Shown here: one piece after another, positions 1-12,869 of the stretch | Position numbering within the stretch: the first letter of the stretch is position 1 | Layout: each line of letters opens with the position of its first letter | Assembly (NCBI GenBank): GCA_965116495.1 | Contig: OZ220696.1 | Location: 1,888,001 to 1,952,000, forward strand | Direction: 5' to 3' | Source: Gammaproteobacteria bacterium | GTDB lineage: Bacteria; Pseudomonadota; Gammaproteobacteria; Eutrophobiales; Eutrophobiaceae | DNA length: 64,000 bases | Translations under genes and position numbers: made by a program | Notes under the pieces: model-generated | Database searches by the model: none | Seen by the model: only the letters and a program-made list of their open reading frames with translations | Told to the model about the DNA's origin: nothing

Positions 1-89
1 GCCCGTATTGAAGGCCTGTTTGAAGGCTTTACCGGCAGGACCTCACAATAATTCCCAACCCGACCGGGAATGGAGGGCGGGAAATCAGC

Positions 90-1799
90 ATGCGAACTAC
101 GGAAACCTTGTTGGCCACCCTGCGCGAGGCCCCGGCGGATGCCGAGGTCATCAGCCACCAGTTGCTGATGCGGGCCGGCATGATTCGGAAGGTGGCCGCC
201 GGGATCTACAACTGGCTCCCGCTCGGCCTCAGGGTGCTGCGCAGGGTAGAGGCCATTGTCCGTGAAGAAATGGATGCCTCCGGCGCCCGGGAAGTCCTGT
301 TATCCGGAGTACAGCCGGCCGAACTGTGGCAGGAATCCGGGCGCTGGGAGGAATATGGCCCGGAATTGTTGCGTTTCCAGGATCGTCATAAACGGGATTT
401 TTGCCTGGGACCCACCCACGAGGAAGTCATCACGGACCTGATCCGCCATGAAATCCGCAGTTATAAACAACTGCCGGCCAATTTCTACCAGATCCAGACC
501 AAATTCCGCGATGAGATCCGCCCCCGTTTTGGCATCATGCGGGCGCGGGAATTTATCATGAAAGACGCGTATTCCTTTCATCTCAGCCAGGTGTCCCTGG
601 AACAGACATATGAACTGATGTACCGGACCTATACGCGTATCTTCAAACGCCTGGGGCTGGAATTCCGTCCCGTTCTTGCCGACAGCGGTAATATCGGCGG
701 CAAGGTGTCGCACGAATTTCACGTGCTGGCCGACTCCGGGGAAGACAGTATCGCGTTTTCGGAAGGCTCTGAATTCGCGACCAACGTGGAACTCATTGCC
801 GCGCCCCCGTCCCTGGATAACAGGCCGGCGCCATCCGAACCGCTGGAGAAAACCGCGACGCCCGATCAACATACCATTGACGATATCAGCCGTTTCTTTG
901 ATGTCAGCCCGGCGCGTTGTCTGAAAACCCTGATCGTCAGGGGCAGCGACACCGACCTGGTTGCTCTGGTATTGCGCGGTGATCACGACTTGAATCGCCT
1001 GAAAGCGGAAAAACTGCCGGGACTGGCAAAACCTTTAGCCTTCGCATCCCCCGACGAGATCGGCAAGCAACTGGGATGCGATATCGGTTCACTGGGCCCG
1101 GTCGGGTTGAATATACCTGTCATTGCCGACAATGCCGCGCTGGTTATGGCGGATTTTATCTGCGGCGCCAACGTGAACGGCTACCACCTCACGGGAGTGA
1201 ACTGGCAGCGGGACCTGGAAGAACCCGGACAGGCCGACCTGCGCAACGTAGTGGAAGGCGACCCGGCTCCGGACACATCCGGGCCGCTTAAAATCGCCTG
1301 GGGTATCGAAGTGGGGCATATCTTTCAACTGGGCACAAAGTACAGTGCCACCATGAAAGCCCTGTGCCTGGATGACACCGGCGAGGCGGTAACCCTGTAC
1401 ATGGGCTGCTACGGTATCGGTGTCTCCCGCATCGTTGCCGCCGCCATTGAACAAAACCACGATGACCGCGGCATAATCTGGCCGGATGCCCTGGCCCCGT
1501 ACCAGCTTGCATTGATACCTATCAACGCACACAAGTCACAACGCTTGCGCACGGCCGTTGAGGACCTGTATCAACGGCTTGCCGACAGCGGTATTGACGT
1601 ATTACTGGATGACAGGAAGGAAAGGCCGGGGGTCATGTTTGCCGACATGGAATTGATCGGCATACCCCACCGCTTTGTCTTCAGTGAGCGCGGGTTGGAT
1701 AACCATACCCTTGAGTACAGGGGCAGACGAGACGGGCAAAATATTGACATCCCGCTGGAAAGCGCCGTTGAATTCATCAGGGAAAAACAGCAGTCCTGA
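90..1799 (+). CDS. proS: Proline--tRNA ligase
   Basis: 569 aa; LCLGPTHEE-like, [35 protein letters not shown] motifs; INS editing domain. Confidence 0.98.
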   Translation: MRTTETLLATLREAPADAEVISHQLLMRAGMIRKVAAGIYNWLPLGLRVLRRVEAIVREEMDASGAREVLLSGVQPAELWQESGRWEEYGPELLRFQDRHKRDFCLGPTHEEVITDLIRHEIRSYKQLPANFYQIQTKFRDEIRPRFGIMRAREFIMKDAYSFHLSQVSLEQTYELMYRTYTRIFKRLGLEFRPVLADSGNIGGKVSHEFHVLADSGEDSIAFSEGSEFATNVELIAAPPSLDNRPAPSEPLEKTATPDQHTIDDISRFFDVSPARCLKTLIVRGSDTDLVALVLRGDHDLNRLKAEKLPGLAKPLAFASPDEIGKQLGCDIGSLGPVGLNIPVIADNAALVMADFICGANVNGYHLTGVNWQRDLEEPGQADLRNVVEGDPAPDTSGPLKIAWGIEVGHIFQLGTKYSATMKALCLDDTGEAVTLYMGCYGIGVSRIVAAAIEQNHDDRGIIWPDALAPYQLALIPINAHKSQRLRTAVEDLYQRLADSGIDVLLDDRKERPGVMFADMELIGIPHRFVFSERGLDNHTLEYRGRRDGQNIDIPLESAVEFIREKQQS

Positions 1800-1807
1800 G
1801 TCCCTGG

Positions 1808-2077
1808 TCAGCGGATGCGAAAACCGTCAAATTGTTGCAATTCGGTCTCTTCCCATTCCAGTTTCAACACTGTCGCCGCGACCGGGCCGCGTTTCAACCA
1901 GTCACGAAACATATCGAGCATTGCCGCGTCCCCCGTCGCCCGGCCATCCACACGTCCGTTCGGTAAATTCCTGACCCACCCCGTTATATTCAGCAACTCA
2001 GCCTGTTGCCGGGTCGATTGACGAAAAAAAACCCCCTGGACCAAGCCACTGACTTTGAAAGAACAGGTTTTGATCAT
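1808..2077 (-). CDS. acyP: Acylphosphatase
   Basis: VSGLVQGVFFR and GWVRNLPNGRV signatures, 89 aa. Confidence 0.92.
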   Translation of the reverse strand: MIKTCSFKVSGLVQGVFFRQSTRQQAELLNITGWVRNLPNGRVDGRATGDAAMLDMFRDWLKRGPVAATVLKLEWEETELQQFDGFRIR

Positions 2078-2153
2078 ATTCGTGCGTTGTAATGCGGGCT
2101 ATAATACCGAGCTTCAAAATATAGCATTTTAAACTGAACGAAAAAGACAGAAA

Positions 2154-2501
2154 ATGACCATAACAATTTATCATAACCCCCGTTGTTCCAAATCGCGGCG
2201 GACCCTGGAATTACTGCGCCGGCAGGGACTGGAACCCGCGATTATCGAATACCTGAAAACTCCGCCTGACAGGGACGAACTGAGCGGTATATTGACCTTG
2301 CTCGGGCTCTCCCCCCGGGATTTGATGCGCAAAAAAGAAGAGGCGTATAAAGCCAATGGTCTGGATGCCGGGGATTTATCCGACGACCAGTTGCTTGACG
2401 GGCTGATCGAGCATCCGGTCCTCATGGAACGACCTGTAGTCCTGGCCAACGGGAAAGCCGCCATCGGGCGGCCACCGGAAAATGTGCTCGAGATACTCTG
2501 A
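2154..2501 (+). CDS. arsC: Arsenate reductase (glutaredoxin-type ArsC family)
   Basis: IYHNPRCSKSR, LMERPVV, IGRPPE motifs. Confidence 0.9.
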   Translation: MTITIYHNPRCSKSRRTLELLRRQGLEPAIIEYLKTPPDRDELSGILTLLGLSPRDLMRKKEEAYKANGLDAGDLSDDQLLDGLIEHPVLMERPVVLANGKAAIGRPPENVLEIL

Positions 2502-3896
<1,395 letters not shown>

Positions 3897-3910
3897 CCTG
3901 GTTCACTGCC

Positions 3911-4975
3911 TCATTGAATGAGGCGATAGTAATGACCATCAAAGTTTTCAACCGGCTCGAGGGTCCTTCCCAGACCGATGGTTTGTACAATGGCCTGTTC
4001 GCCGCCATGAGCCGTCAATGCGAGTTTAACTTCCCCGGTGCGCACTTCCCTGACATGGATTTGACTGATTGTACTCAAGGAACCCAGGTAGTTTATCAGG
4101 CGCGCGTACTGTTCGACAGAGTTGATGTCACCGACCGTAATTTCCATATCTCCCAGCAAGGTGTAACTGCTGCCGCGGGCAAACTCGGTTGCGAGCATAT
4201 CAACAAACCCGTCAAATCCTTCTTCCAGTGCGGTTTCCAGCAGGTCGGTTTCAGTCTCCCACTCGTGGTTCAGCCCGTCACGCCGGTAGCTTTTCCACCT
4301 GCCCTCCCATATACCCGGAGCAGGAGAATACACGCCTGCCGTAAGGATAATATCGGCATGATACCTGGCGGATGCGGCCATAATCGGCTCCTGGAAACCA
4401 AGCCATACGTCACTGGGTTGTATCCGTGCTCTGTCATCCAGGTCCTGCAGCGGAAACAGGACGGAAACCCCACGACGCTCGGCAAGCTCATGCACCTGCG
4501 CCAGTAATTCCGGATAGCTCTCCGCTTCGGCGAACAATCTCCGGTTCGCCTGTTCCAGCGCCAGCCAGAGCAATATGGACGGACGTTCGTTGTCCCAGAC
4601 CGGGATCCCCGAAGCGCGCAAGGACTTATTCAGGTTCTCTTCATCGAATTTAACGGCAAGATGCCACTTCGTCACGGAAGATGAATCGTCCATGGAGATC
4701 GTTTCCGTTTGAAATTCCCGGTAGCGGTATTGCTGAACAAACTCATCCGCCCGGTCCAGGAATAGCTGTAGTGCAGCCTTACCCGCTATGTTCCGCTCAC
4801 CGGTCAGTTTTACCAGCACCGTACCCAAACAAGTTCGTATTGCCGCAGTTCTGCCTGCACTCGATTGATTGGCGACCATGACTTCCGCTTCGTATAGACC
4901 GGGCACCTTGATTGCATGAACGAGCAGCGGGCACAAACACCATAAACAGCAGAAAATCCGTAATGCTTTTTTCAT
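3911..4975 (-). CDS. DUF2066 family exported protein
   Basis: Signal peptide then LYEAEV, VLVKLTG, PVW..RP.ILLWL, FPLQDLDD; start placed at MKKALR (4975) because the longer ORF runs through a palindrome. Confidence 0.8.
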   Translation of the reverse strand: MKKALRIFCCLWCLCPLLVHAIKVPGLYEAEVMVANQSSAGRTAAIRTCLGTVLVKLTGERNIAGKAALQLFLDRADEFVQQYRYREFQTETISMDDSSSVTKWHLAVKFDEENLNKSLRASGIPVWDNERPSILLWLALEQANRRLFAEAESYPELLAQVHELAERRGVSVLFPLQDLDDRARIQPSDVWLGFQEPIMAASARYHADIILTAGVYSPAPGIWEGRWKSYRRDGLNHEWETETDLLETALEEGFDGFVDMLATEFARGSSYTLLGDMEITVGDINSVEQYARLINYLGSLSTISQIHVREVRTGEVKLALTAHGGEQAIVQTIGLGRTLEPVENFDGHYYRLIQ

Positions 4976-5009
4976 ATCCTCAAGCCGTATAAAACCCAAA
5001 TCCCTGGAA

Positions 5010-5063
5010 CTTAATTTGGGACACCCACAAATTAGACTCAATTTATGGGTGTCCCAAATTAAG
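5010..5063. repeat. Palindromic repeat family A (AATTTGGGACACCCA...TGGGTGTCCCAAATT), copy 1
   Basis: 24-bp inverted arms 5010-5033 and 5040-5063, one mismatch. Confidence 0.9.
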
Positions 5064-5153
5064 CTTCTCCCAAATTTAAATACTCAAGTTCCTGGAAAGT
5101 AACGATCCATCACATTATAGTAACGCAATTTATGTCTGAATATCATCGAATCA

Positions 5154-6188
5154 ATGAAGCATTCCGAGTATGAGGCCGCCGGGGTCAGTATCGACCGGGG
5201 CAACGAGCTGGTAGCCAATATCAAATCCCTGGTGCGGACGGCGCATCGCCCTGAGGTGTTGGCCGAACTGGGCGGTTTCGGCGCATTATTTGACCTTTCC
5301 GCAACGAAATATCGCCAACCGGTGCTGGTTTCGGGCACCGACGGCGCAGGGACAAAAATCAAGCTGGCCATCGAACTCGGCCGGCATGACACCATCGGCA
5401 TCGACCTTGTCGCCATGTGTGTCAACGACATCCTGGCGCAGGGCGCCGAACCCCTGTTCTTTCTGGATTATTTTGCCTGTTCCAGGCTGGACGTAGCCAC
5501 GGCTACAGACGTCGTGAAGGGGATTGTCCGGGGCTGTTCACTCGCAGGGTGCGCCCTGGTTGGGGGTGAAACCGCGGAAATGCCGGGGATGTACCAGCCC
5601 GGGGACTACGACCTGGCCGGTTTTTGCGTGGGAGTAATGGAAAAGGCTCAGGTAATAACCGGGGGACAGGTCAGGGAGCAGGATATCCTGATTGCCCTCC
5701 CCTCCAGCGGACCCCATGCAAACGGTTATTCCCTGATCCGCAAGATCCTGGCCGACTCCGGGACATCCTTGACCGATGACCTGGGGCACACTCCTTTTTC
5801 CGAGTTATTGCTGAAACCGACACGAATTTACAAGGAGGCCATTTTCGCACTGTTGCCGGAGGTGGACCTGAAAGCAGTTGCGCACATAACAGGAGGAGGA
5901 TTGACGGAAAATATCCCCCGGGTCATTCCCGAAAATGTATGTGCTGAGATCCGCCGGGACAGTTGGCGCTGGCCGCCGATATTCCATTGGTTACAGGATA
6001 CCGGCAAGGTCAATACGACGGAAATGTACCGGACGTTTAATTGCGGTATCGGAATGGTGCTTGTAGTCAGCCCCGGTGAAGCGGAAAAGACCCTCGGATT
6101 ATTACGGACAGTCGGCGAACCGGCGTGGCGTCTCGGCACAATCCGGGAACATGACGGCAAAGCCGGGCGGGTCAGATACGTGGATTAG
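5154..6188 (+). CDS. purM: Phosphoribosylaminoimidazole synthetase
   Basis: [49 protein letters not shown]. Confidence 0.97.
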   Translation: MKHSEYEAAGVSIDRGNELVANIKSLVRTAHRPEVLAELGGFGALFDLSATKYRQPVLVSGTDGAGTKIKLAIELGRHDTIGIDLVAMCVNDILAQGAEPLFFLDYFACSRLDVATATDVVKGIVRGCSLAGCALVGGETAEMPGMYQPGDYDLAGFCVGVMEKAQVITGGQVREQDILIALPSSGPHANGYSLIRKILADSGTSLTDDLGHTPFSELLLKPTRIYKEAIFALLPEVDLKAVAHITGGGLTENIPRVIPENVCAEIRRDSWRWPPIFHWLQDTGKVNTTEMYRTFNCGIGMVLVVSPGEAEKTLGLLRTVGEPAWRLGTIREHDGKAGRVRYVD

Positions 6189-6209
6189 CCGGTAGCGTGG
6201 GGATATTTT

Positions 6210-7358
6210 CTACCTTCTTTCTATAGGTACAAACTCCACCATATCCGGCCCGGTATAGTTGGCGCCGGGGCGTATTATTTTTCTGTCCTGGCGCTGTTCG
6301 ATAATGTGTGCTGTCCAGCCCGTTACCCGCGCCATCACGAAAATCGGCGTAAACATGGCGACAGGAATATCCATCATGTTATAGGAGACAGCGGAGAACC
6401 AGTCCAGGTTGGGGAACATTTTTTTGACGTCCCACATTACGGTTTCTATTCTTTCGGCAATATTGAAGAGGTTCATGTCCCCTTTTTCAGCAGAGAGTCT
6501 TTTTGCAACGCTTTTGATGACTTCGTTGCGCGGATCGGAGACGGTATAAACAGGATGACCAAACCCCATCACGATTTCCTTCCGGGCGATACGTTCCCGG
6601 ATGTCCGCTTCGGCCTCGTCCGGCGTCGTATAACGTTGCTGTATTTCCAAGGCCACCTCATTGGCGCCACCGTGCTTGGGACCGCGCAGTGCACCGATGG
6701 CGCCGGTAACAGCCGAATAGACATCCGACCCTGTTCCGGCAATGACCCGGCCGGTGAAGGTCGAGGCATTAAACTCGTGTTCGGCATACAGTATCAGGGA
6801 GGTATGCATAGCCCGCACCCACAATCCAGAGGGGGGATCGCCATGCAGCATGTGCAGGAAATGGCCGCCGACAGAGTCATCCGCGGTATTCTCGTCTATG
6901 CGCCTGCCGTGGTGGCTGAAGTGGTACCAGTACGCCAGCATGGAAGGGAACGAGGCCACCAGCCTGTCTGCAATATCCCGCGCTTCCGCAGGCGTATGGT
7001 CATTGGATTCCGGCCTCACTGCGCCCAGCAGCGAGCAGCCGGTCCTGAGAACATCCATAGGGGGTGCAGTCGCAGGCAGCAGTTCCATCCCGCCCTTTAC
7101 CTGGTCCGGCAGCCCGCGCAGTCCGGCCAGTTTTATTTTATACCTGTCCAGCTCCGTACGGGTGGGCAGTTGTCCATGTATCAACAGGTGCGCGATCTCT
7201 TCAAATTCACAGGTCTCGGCAATATCGAGAATATCGTAGCCGCGATACGACAGGTCATTACCGCTGCGACCCACCGTACACAGGGCGGTATTCCCGGCCG
7301 GCACCCCGGACAGGGAAACCGATTTCTTGGGTTTAAATCCGCTGTAACCAGTGTTCAT
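6210..7358 (-). CDS. prpC: 2-methylcitrate synthase
   Basis: [46 protein letters not shown]; directly after prpB. Confidence 0.95.
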   Translation of the reverse strand: MNTGYSGFKPKKSVSLSGVPAGNTALCTVGRSGNDLSYRGYDILDIAETCEFEEIAHLLIHGQLPTRTELDRYKIKLAGLRGLPDQVKGGMELLPATAPPMDVLRTGCSLLGAVRPESNDHTPAEARDIADRLVASFPSMLAYWYHFSHHGRRIDENTADDSVGGHFLHMLHGDPPSGLWVRAMHTSLILYAEHEFNASTFTGRVIAGTGSDVYSAVTGAIGALRGPKHGGANEVALEIQQRYTTPDEAEADIRERIARKEIVMGFGHPVYTVSDPRNEVIKSVAKRLSAEKGDMNLFNIAERIETVMWDVKKMFPNLDWFSAVSYNMMDIPVAMFTPIFVMARVTGWTAHIIEQRQDRKIIRPGANYTGPDMVEFVPIERR

Positions 7359-8233
7359 TCCGTAGCGTCCTGAATATACAGGGCATCCAACTTCCGTTCG
7401 TATTCGTGGTAACCCAACAGGTCGTACATGTCTTCCCGAGTCTGCATGGCTTCAATAACATTACGTTGATGACCGTCTTCAATAACGGCCCGGTAAAATG
7501 TCATGGCGGCCTTATTCATCGCCCGGTAGGCCCCGCAGCAGTAAAGCACGATATCGACGCCTGCCGCGCCCAGTTCCTGCGTGGAGAACAGGGGAGTTTT
7601 GCCGAATTCCGTGATGTTTGCCAGGAACGGCACGGGTATCTGGCTGCGCAAGGTCCGGTACTGCTCCAGGCTTGACACCGCTTCCGGGAAAATCATATCG
7701 GCGCCGGCCTCGATGCAGGCGTTCGCCCGTTCTATAACGGACTGCATACCCTCCACCGCCAGGGCGTCGGTCCTCGCCATGATGACAAACCCGTCATCGT
7801 AACGGGCGTCCACCGCGGCCTTGATGCGGTCCACCATCTCCGATTGCGGAACTATGGCCTTGTTGGGCCTGTGCCCGCAACGTTTTTCCGCCACCTGGTC
7901 CTCGATGTGCATGGCTGCGGCGCCGGCTTTTGCCAAACTCCGGGTCGTGCGGGCAATATTGAACGCGCTGCCGAAACCCGTATCCGCATCCACCAGCAAA
8001 GGCAGTTCACAAGCATCAGTGATGCGCCGTATATCCGTCAACAGGTCTTCCAGGGTACTGATCGCCAAATCCGGGACACCCAGGGAATTCGCCGCCAGTC
8101 CGCCCCCCGACAGGTAAATCGCCTTGTGCCCCGCCCGTTCCGCCATGCGCGCGGCCAGGGCAGTAATCGTGCCGACCACCTGTAGCGGCTTGTGCTCTTC
8201 AACCGCCTGCCTGAATTTGTTTATTGAAGTCAT
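7355..8233 (-). CDS. prpB: Methylisocitrate lyase
   Basis: [29 protein letters not shown]; start set at MTSINKF. Confidence 0.95.
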   Translation of the reverse strand: MTSINKFRQAVEEHKPLQVVGTITALAARMAERAGHKAIYLSGGGLAANSLGVPDLAISTLEDLLTDIRRITDACELPLLVDADTGFGSAFNIARTTRSLAKAGAAAMHIEDQVAEKRCGHRPNKAIVPQSEMVDRIKAAVDARYDDGFVIMARTDALAVEGMQSVIERANACIEAGADMIFPEAVSSLEQYRTLRSQIPVPFLANITEFGKTPLFSTQELGAAGVDIVLYCCGAYRAMNKAAMTFYRAVIEDGHQRNVIEAMQTREDMYDLLGYHEYERKLDALYIQDATE

Positions 8234-8284
8234 CCGGCTGGTACAATCGTTATCCTCGAAAGGATGAAGTCTATTCGTTTCTGA

Positions 8285-9551
<1,267 letters not shown>

Positions 9552-9564
9552 GCCTTCCCGACTG

Positions 9565-10278
9565 TTAAAACAGTTCGTCCAGAAAGTTCAGCAGGGTCTG
9601 CCAGGAGCGTTTATCGGCGCTCCTGTTGTAGATCGCGCCCAGGTCAGGATTGTTGGCCTCCGGGTTGGTGAAGGCGTGCAAGGTATTGCCGTAGACGTGT
9701 ATCTGCCAGTCAGCGCCGGCTTCCGTCAACTCTTTCTCAAGCGCCACCACCGCGTCCACCGGCACCATGGGGTCTTCATGCCCGTGCAACGCCAGCACCC
9801 TGGTCTTAATTTTCGTGCCTGCCGTGTTCCCCGGGGCACCGAACAAGCCGTGAAAACTGGCTACACCGCTGATATCAGTGCCGATACGCGCCAAATCCAG
9901 GACACACAGCCCACCGAAACAATAACCGATGGCGGCAATCCGACCGTTGTCCACTTCCGGCTGTGATTTCAGGGTTTCCAAGGTCGTCGTCAAACGGGAT
10001 TGCAACATGGCTCGATCATCCAGAAAAGGCTGCATCAGGCCGGCGTTCTCTTCAACGCTGTTACCCAGGACGCCCTTACCATACAGGTCGGCGGCGAAAC
10101 CCACGTAACCCAATTCAGCCAATGCACTCGCCTTGTCACATTCAAATTGGCCGCGCCCGCCCCAGGCGTGTACAACCAAAACAGCAGGTTTGGTTCCGTC
10201 TTCAATATCACCACAGGCAAGAAAGCCTTCCAGGTTGGCACCCGCGTGCTCGTATTCAACCAGTCGTTCTTGGATCAT
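9565..10278 (-). CDS. Dienelactone hydrolase family protein
   Basis: AIGYCFGG nucleophile motif, SFHG, HG.EDP, HAFTNP. Confidence 0.9.
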   Translation of the reverse strand: MIQERLVEYEHAGANLEGFLACGDIEDGTKPAVLVVHAWGGRGQFECDKASALAELGYVGFAADLYGKGVLGNSVEENAGLMQPFLDDRAMLQSRLTTTLETLKSQPEVDNGRIAAIGYCFGGLCVLDLARIGTDISGVASFHGLFGAPGNTAGTKIKTRVLALHGHEDPMVPVDAVVALEKELTEAGADWQIHVYGNTLHAFTNPEANNPDLGAIYNRSADKRSWQTLLNFLDELF

Positions 10279-10356
10279 GTCTCGGTCTCCTTAAGATTTT
10301 CCTTTTCATTGTAACCGATAAAGCCAGTTATTTGTTCTCCCTTTCAATAGCGCATC

Positions 10357-10414
10357 AAATTTGGGACACCCATGAATTTCGGAATAACCATCAATTTATG
10401 GGTGTCCCAAATTT
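10357..10414. repeat. Palindromic repeat family A, copy 2
   Basis: AAATTTGGGACACCCAT...ATGGGTGTCCCAAATTT. Confidence 0.9.
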
Positions 10415-10588
10415 ATTACAAGGTGGCCGAACTGCGCCATAATTGCGCCATCGACGACTGAACAGCACCGGACCATGACTGCTATAAATTCCAGCACTGA
10501 AAGTCATAGTGCTTTCATTGGCCAACTTCCATAAAGACGGATTCGTCCGTATACTCAACTTCACAGAAAACTTCCACGCGCTTATGAC

Positions 10589-11704
10589 ATGATCCTCAAT
10601 ACCGAAACCGAGCCTGAGGAATTGGGCCCGGTAACAGAAGCGGATTACAACGAGTTGTTCTGTCAGGCAGTGAGCGGTGAATTGGAAGTCCGCCACAGTT
10701 ACAACTTTGATGCGGGTAGCAGCTACGTGATTGTGGATTGTGAGACGGCGAATACGGTGTGGGAAGGGGGGCTGGACAAACGCAGCAGCTTGGACAGTAT
10801 CCAGCAGGCGCTGTTTTTTCATCACGTAACGGGCAAGACGCCTGCGCTGGTGATTTATGACACGGATGGCGTGGAGGGGATTTACGAATATCGAATACGC
10901 ATCGCCGCCGAGTTGGCTGGCGTCCGCTATGAAACCTTCAACGGCAGGGACAGTGTGATAGACGATACGACTGGTTCTGCCTTTGCCGATACCCTGGTTG
11001 GTGATAATAGCGCCAACGTACTTTCTGGAAGCGCTGGCGATGATACCTTGGCGGGCTTGGCAGGCGCCGATCAACTCATCGGTGGACCAGGTCTTGATAC
11101 TGCGGATTATTCCGCCTCCAATGCGGCTGTCATCATCCGCCTGCACAGTCAGACTGCGTATGGCGGCCATGCCCACGGTGATACCTTCCCGGACACCGTT
11201 TCCGTATCCTACCGCGACACTGATGGTATTGTGCGCAGTGTGTTATTGCCGGATATAGAGAATCTCACCGGCTCTGATTTTGCCGACATCCTGGCTGGCG
11301 ACCGGCGGGACAATGTCCTCGAGGGTGGGGCCGGGGATGACACTTTGTACGGCGGACCCGGCGGCGGTGATGATCTGATGCTGGGTGGTACCGGTGACGA
11401 TACCATTTATGGGGGACAAGGCGCCGATATCCTGGACGGTGGAACCGGAAACGATTTGCTGATAGGCGGGCCTGACGCTGACACGTTTGTCTTTGCGCCG
11501 AAGCATGGTGAAGACACTATCAGGGACTTTGCAGGCGGCGAGGACAGGATAGACCTGAGTGCATTTAACCTCGATGAGAATTACCAGCCTGATTTATCCC
11601 TCCAGGGCGATGGGATACTACTTGACCTGACTGACGTGGACGGCGGCGCCGTGTTACTGGCCGGATTGGATGTTATGCCTGACGGTGGGAGTTTTATAAT
11701 TTAG
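10589..11704 (+). CDS. RTX (GGxGxD) calcium-binding protein with N-terminal PD-(D/E)XK-like domain
   Basis: Multiple GGxGxDxL nonapeptides and a C-terminal DTFVF..HGEDTIRDF..EDRIDLS module; N-terminal ~115 aa non-repeat domain. Confidence 0.8.
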   Translation: MILNTETEPEELGPVTEADYNELFCQAVSGELEVRHSYNFDAGSSYVIVDCETANTVWEGGLDKRSSLDSIQQALFFHHVTGKTPALVIYDTDGVEGIYEYRIRIAAELAGVRYETFNGRDSVIDDTTGSAFADTLVGDNSANVLSGSAGDDTLAGLAGADQLIGGPGLDTADYSASNAAVIIRLHSQTAYGGHAHGDTFPDTVSVSYRDTDGIVRSVLLPDIENLTGSDFADILAGDRRDNVLEGGAGDDTLYGGPGGGDDLMLGGTGDDTIYGGQGADILDGGTGNDLLIGGPDADTFVFAPKHGEDTIRDFAGGEDRIDLSAFNLDENYQPDLSLQGDGILLDLTDVDGGAVLLAGLDVMPDGGSFII

Positions 11705-11949
11705 GGAAGCTCTGATCAAGTCCGTCCGGGACTTGTCAGAGCACGCAAAACAAAGTTGATACCATTCGTTTCCTGAACCAGTTCAGGTCCGGGTATGACG
11801 ATTACACTACAGAGCGAGAAGTATTATTTCAGGATATGACGACAAAAGATATTATCAGCGATATCAAAGTTCATCGTGAAGAGAAGGAGTAGATATCAAA
11901 TCTGATAATATTCACTTCTTGTCTGTTCTACTATCCGGAAGATATTGAT

Positions 11950-12390
11950 TTACGCATCCAGCCTGGATAGTTTTTCCTTCAGTCCTGAAGGCAGGTTTGA
12001 ATACCATTCTTTTTCTTTACCTGACTCCGGTAAAATTTCTCCATACTCGACCATCTGGCTTGGTATCAGGTCGATTATATATACCCAGACGTTCGACTTA
12101 TCCAATTCTGTGAACTTTATTAAAGTATCTCTTAAATCCAGAATTAATCTTTTCTTTACCTCTTCTGTTCTCCCCGAACGAATTTGTCCAAGCAGGAATA
12201 ACTGTGGTTCAGATATGATCTTCCCACCCATAAAATGGTTCCCTTCGGATTTCTCATTAAATATCACTTGAGCAAAAAATTTATTTGCCCCGGTTACCTT
12301 GTAATGCACTTCTGTTATTCCTTTTGCTATCTGATTTTTCTGCTCCGGATTTAAATCCAGAGATGAATGAGTTACTGTATAAGTCGGCAT
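11950..12390 (-). CDS. Tautomerase superfamily, cis-3-chloroacrylate dehalogenase (cis-CaaD)/Cg10062-like
   Basis: After Met removal: Pro1, His28, Arg70, Arg73, Tyr103, Glu114; AT-rich relative to neighbours. Confidence 0.85.
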   Translation of the reverse strand: MPTYTVTHSSLDLNPEQKNQIAKGITEVHYKVTGANKFFAQVIFNEKSEGNHFMGGKIISEPQLFLLGQIRSGRTEEVKKRLILDLRDTLIKFTELDKSNVWVYIIDLIPSQMVEYGEILPESGKEKEWYSNLPSGLKEKLSRLDA

Positions 12391-12506
12391 GATTATCTGT
12401 TACTTGTTTCAGTTTATTTAAGGGATGTTCGAATGCCGTAAATTATAACATTTGACATCTCATATATATCCAGCCCATTAAAATAACGGTAATTCCACGC
12501 AGGTTT

Positions 12507-12626
12507 TCAGCCCGTAATACGCGCGCCGAACGGCATCTCGCGCAGACGCTTGTCCGTGGCGGCATAGATGGCATTGGCCAGCGCCGGGGCTATGGGTGGC
12601 ACACCCGGCTCTCCCACGCCTTCCAT
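12507..12626 (-). pseudogene. C-terminal remnant of a molybdopterin oxidoreductase large subunit (IorB/xanthine dehydrogenase family)
   Basis: [30 protein letters not shown] is the characteristic family C-terminus. Confidence 0.8.
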
Positions 12627-12854
12627 TTGTTCGTGGCGGGCGCAGCCCAGGTGGTCCTCCAGTTCGGCGTTCAGCGCCGCCTCCACCGTGACCTTGGTCA
12701 GCATCCGGCTGAACTCGTCCAGGTCTTCCTCGGTTTTAAGGCCCTTCGCTACTTCACGTACGAAGGCTTCCAGTTCTTGCTTTTTCATGTTACCTATCCT
12801 CACCCATAGCTAAGGTTAATGATAGGCGGTTTACACAGTTTTTGTTACAGTCTC
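12627..12854 (-). mobile_element. Truncated IS256-family element (left end plus first ~54 transposase codons)
   Basis: End-like GAGACTGTAACAAAAAACTGTGTAA on minus strand from 12854; ATG 12788 gives ..[19 protein letters not shown].. typical of IS256 transposases. Confidence 0.75.
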
Positions 12855-12869
12855 CCGACCGCTCTTTAA

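Noticed and set aside
6306-7373. Long antisense ORFs (also 21951-22844, 27469-28368, 45114-46028, 58086-58901)
   Set aside because: They lie opposite well-conserved genes and are expected from GC-rich codon bias
11810-11892. Short reading frame ending ..DIKVHREEKE-stop
   Set aside because: Possibly a gene fragment, but too short to assign
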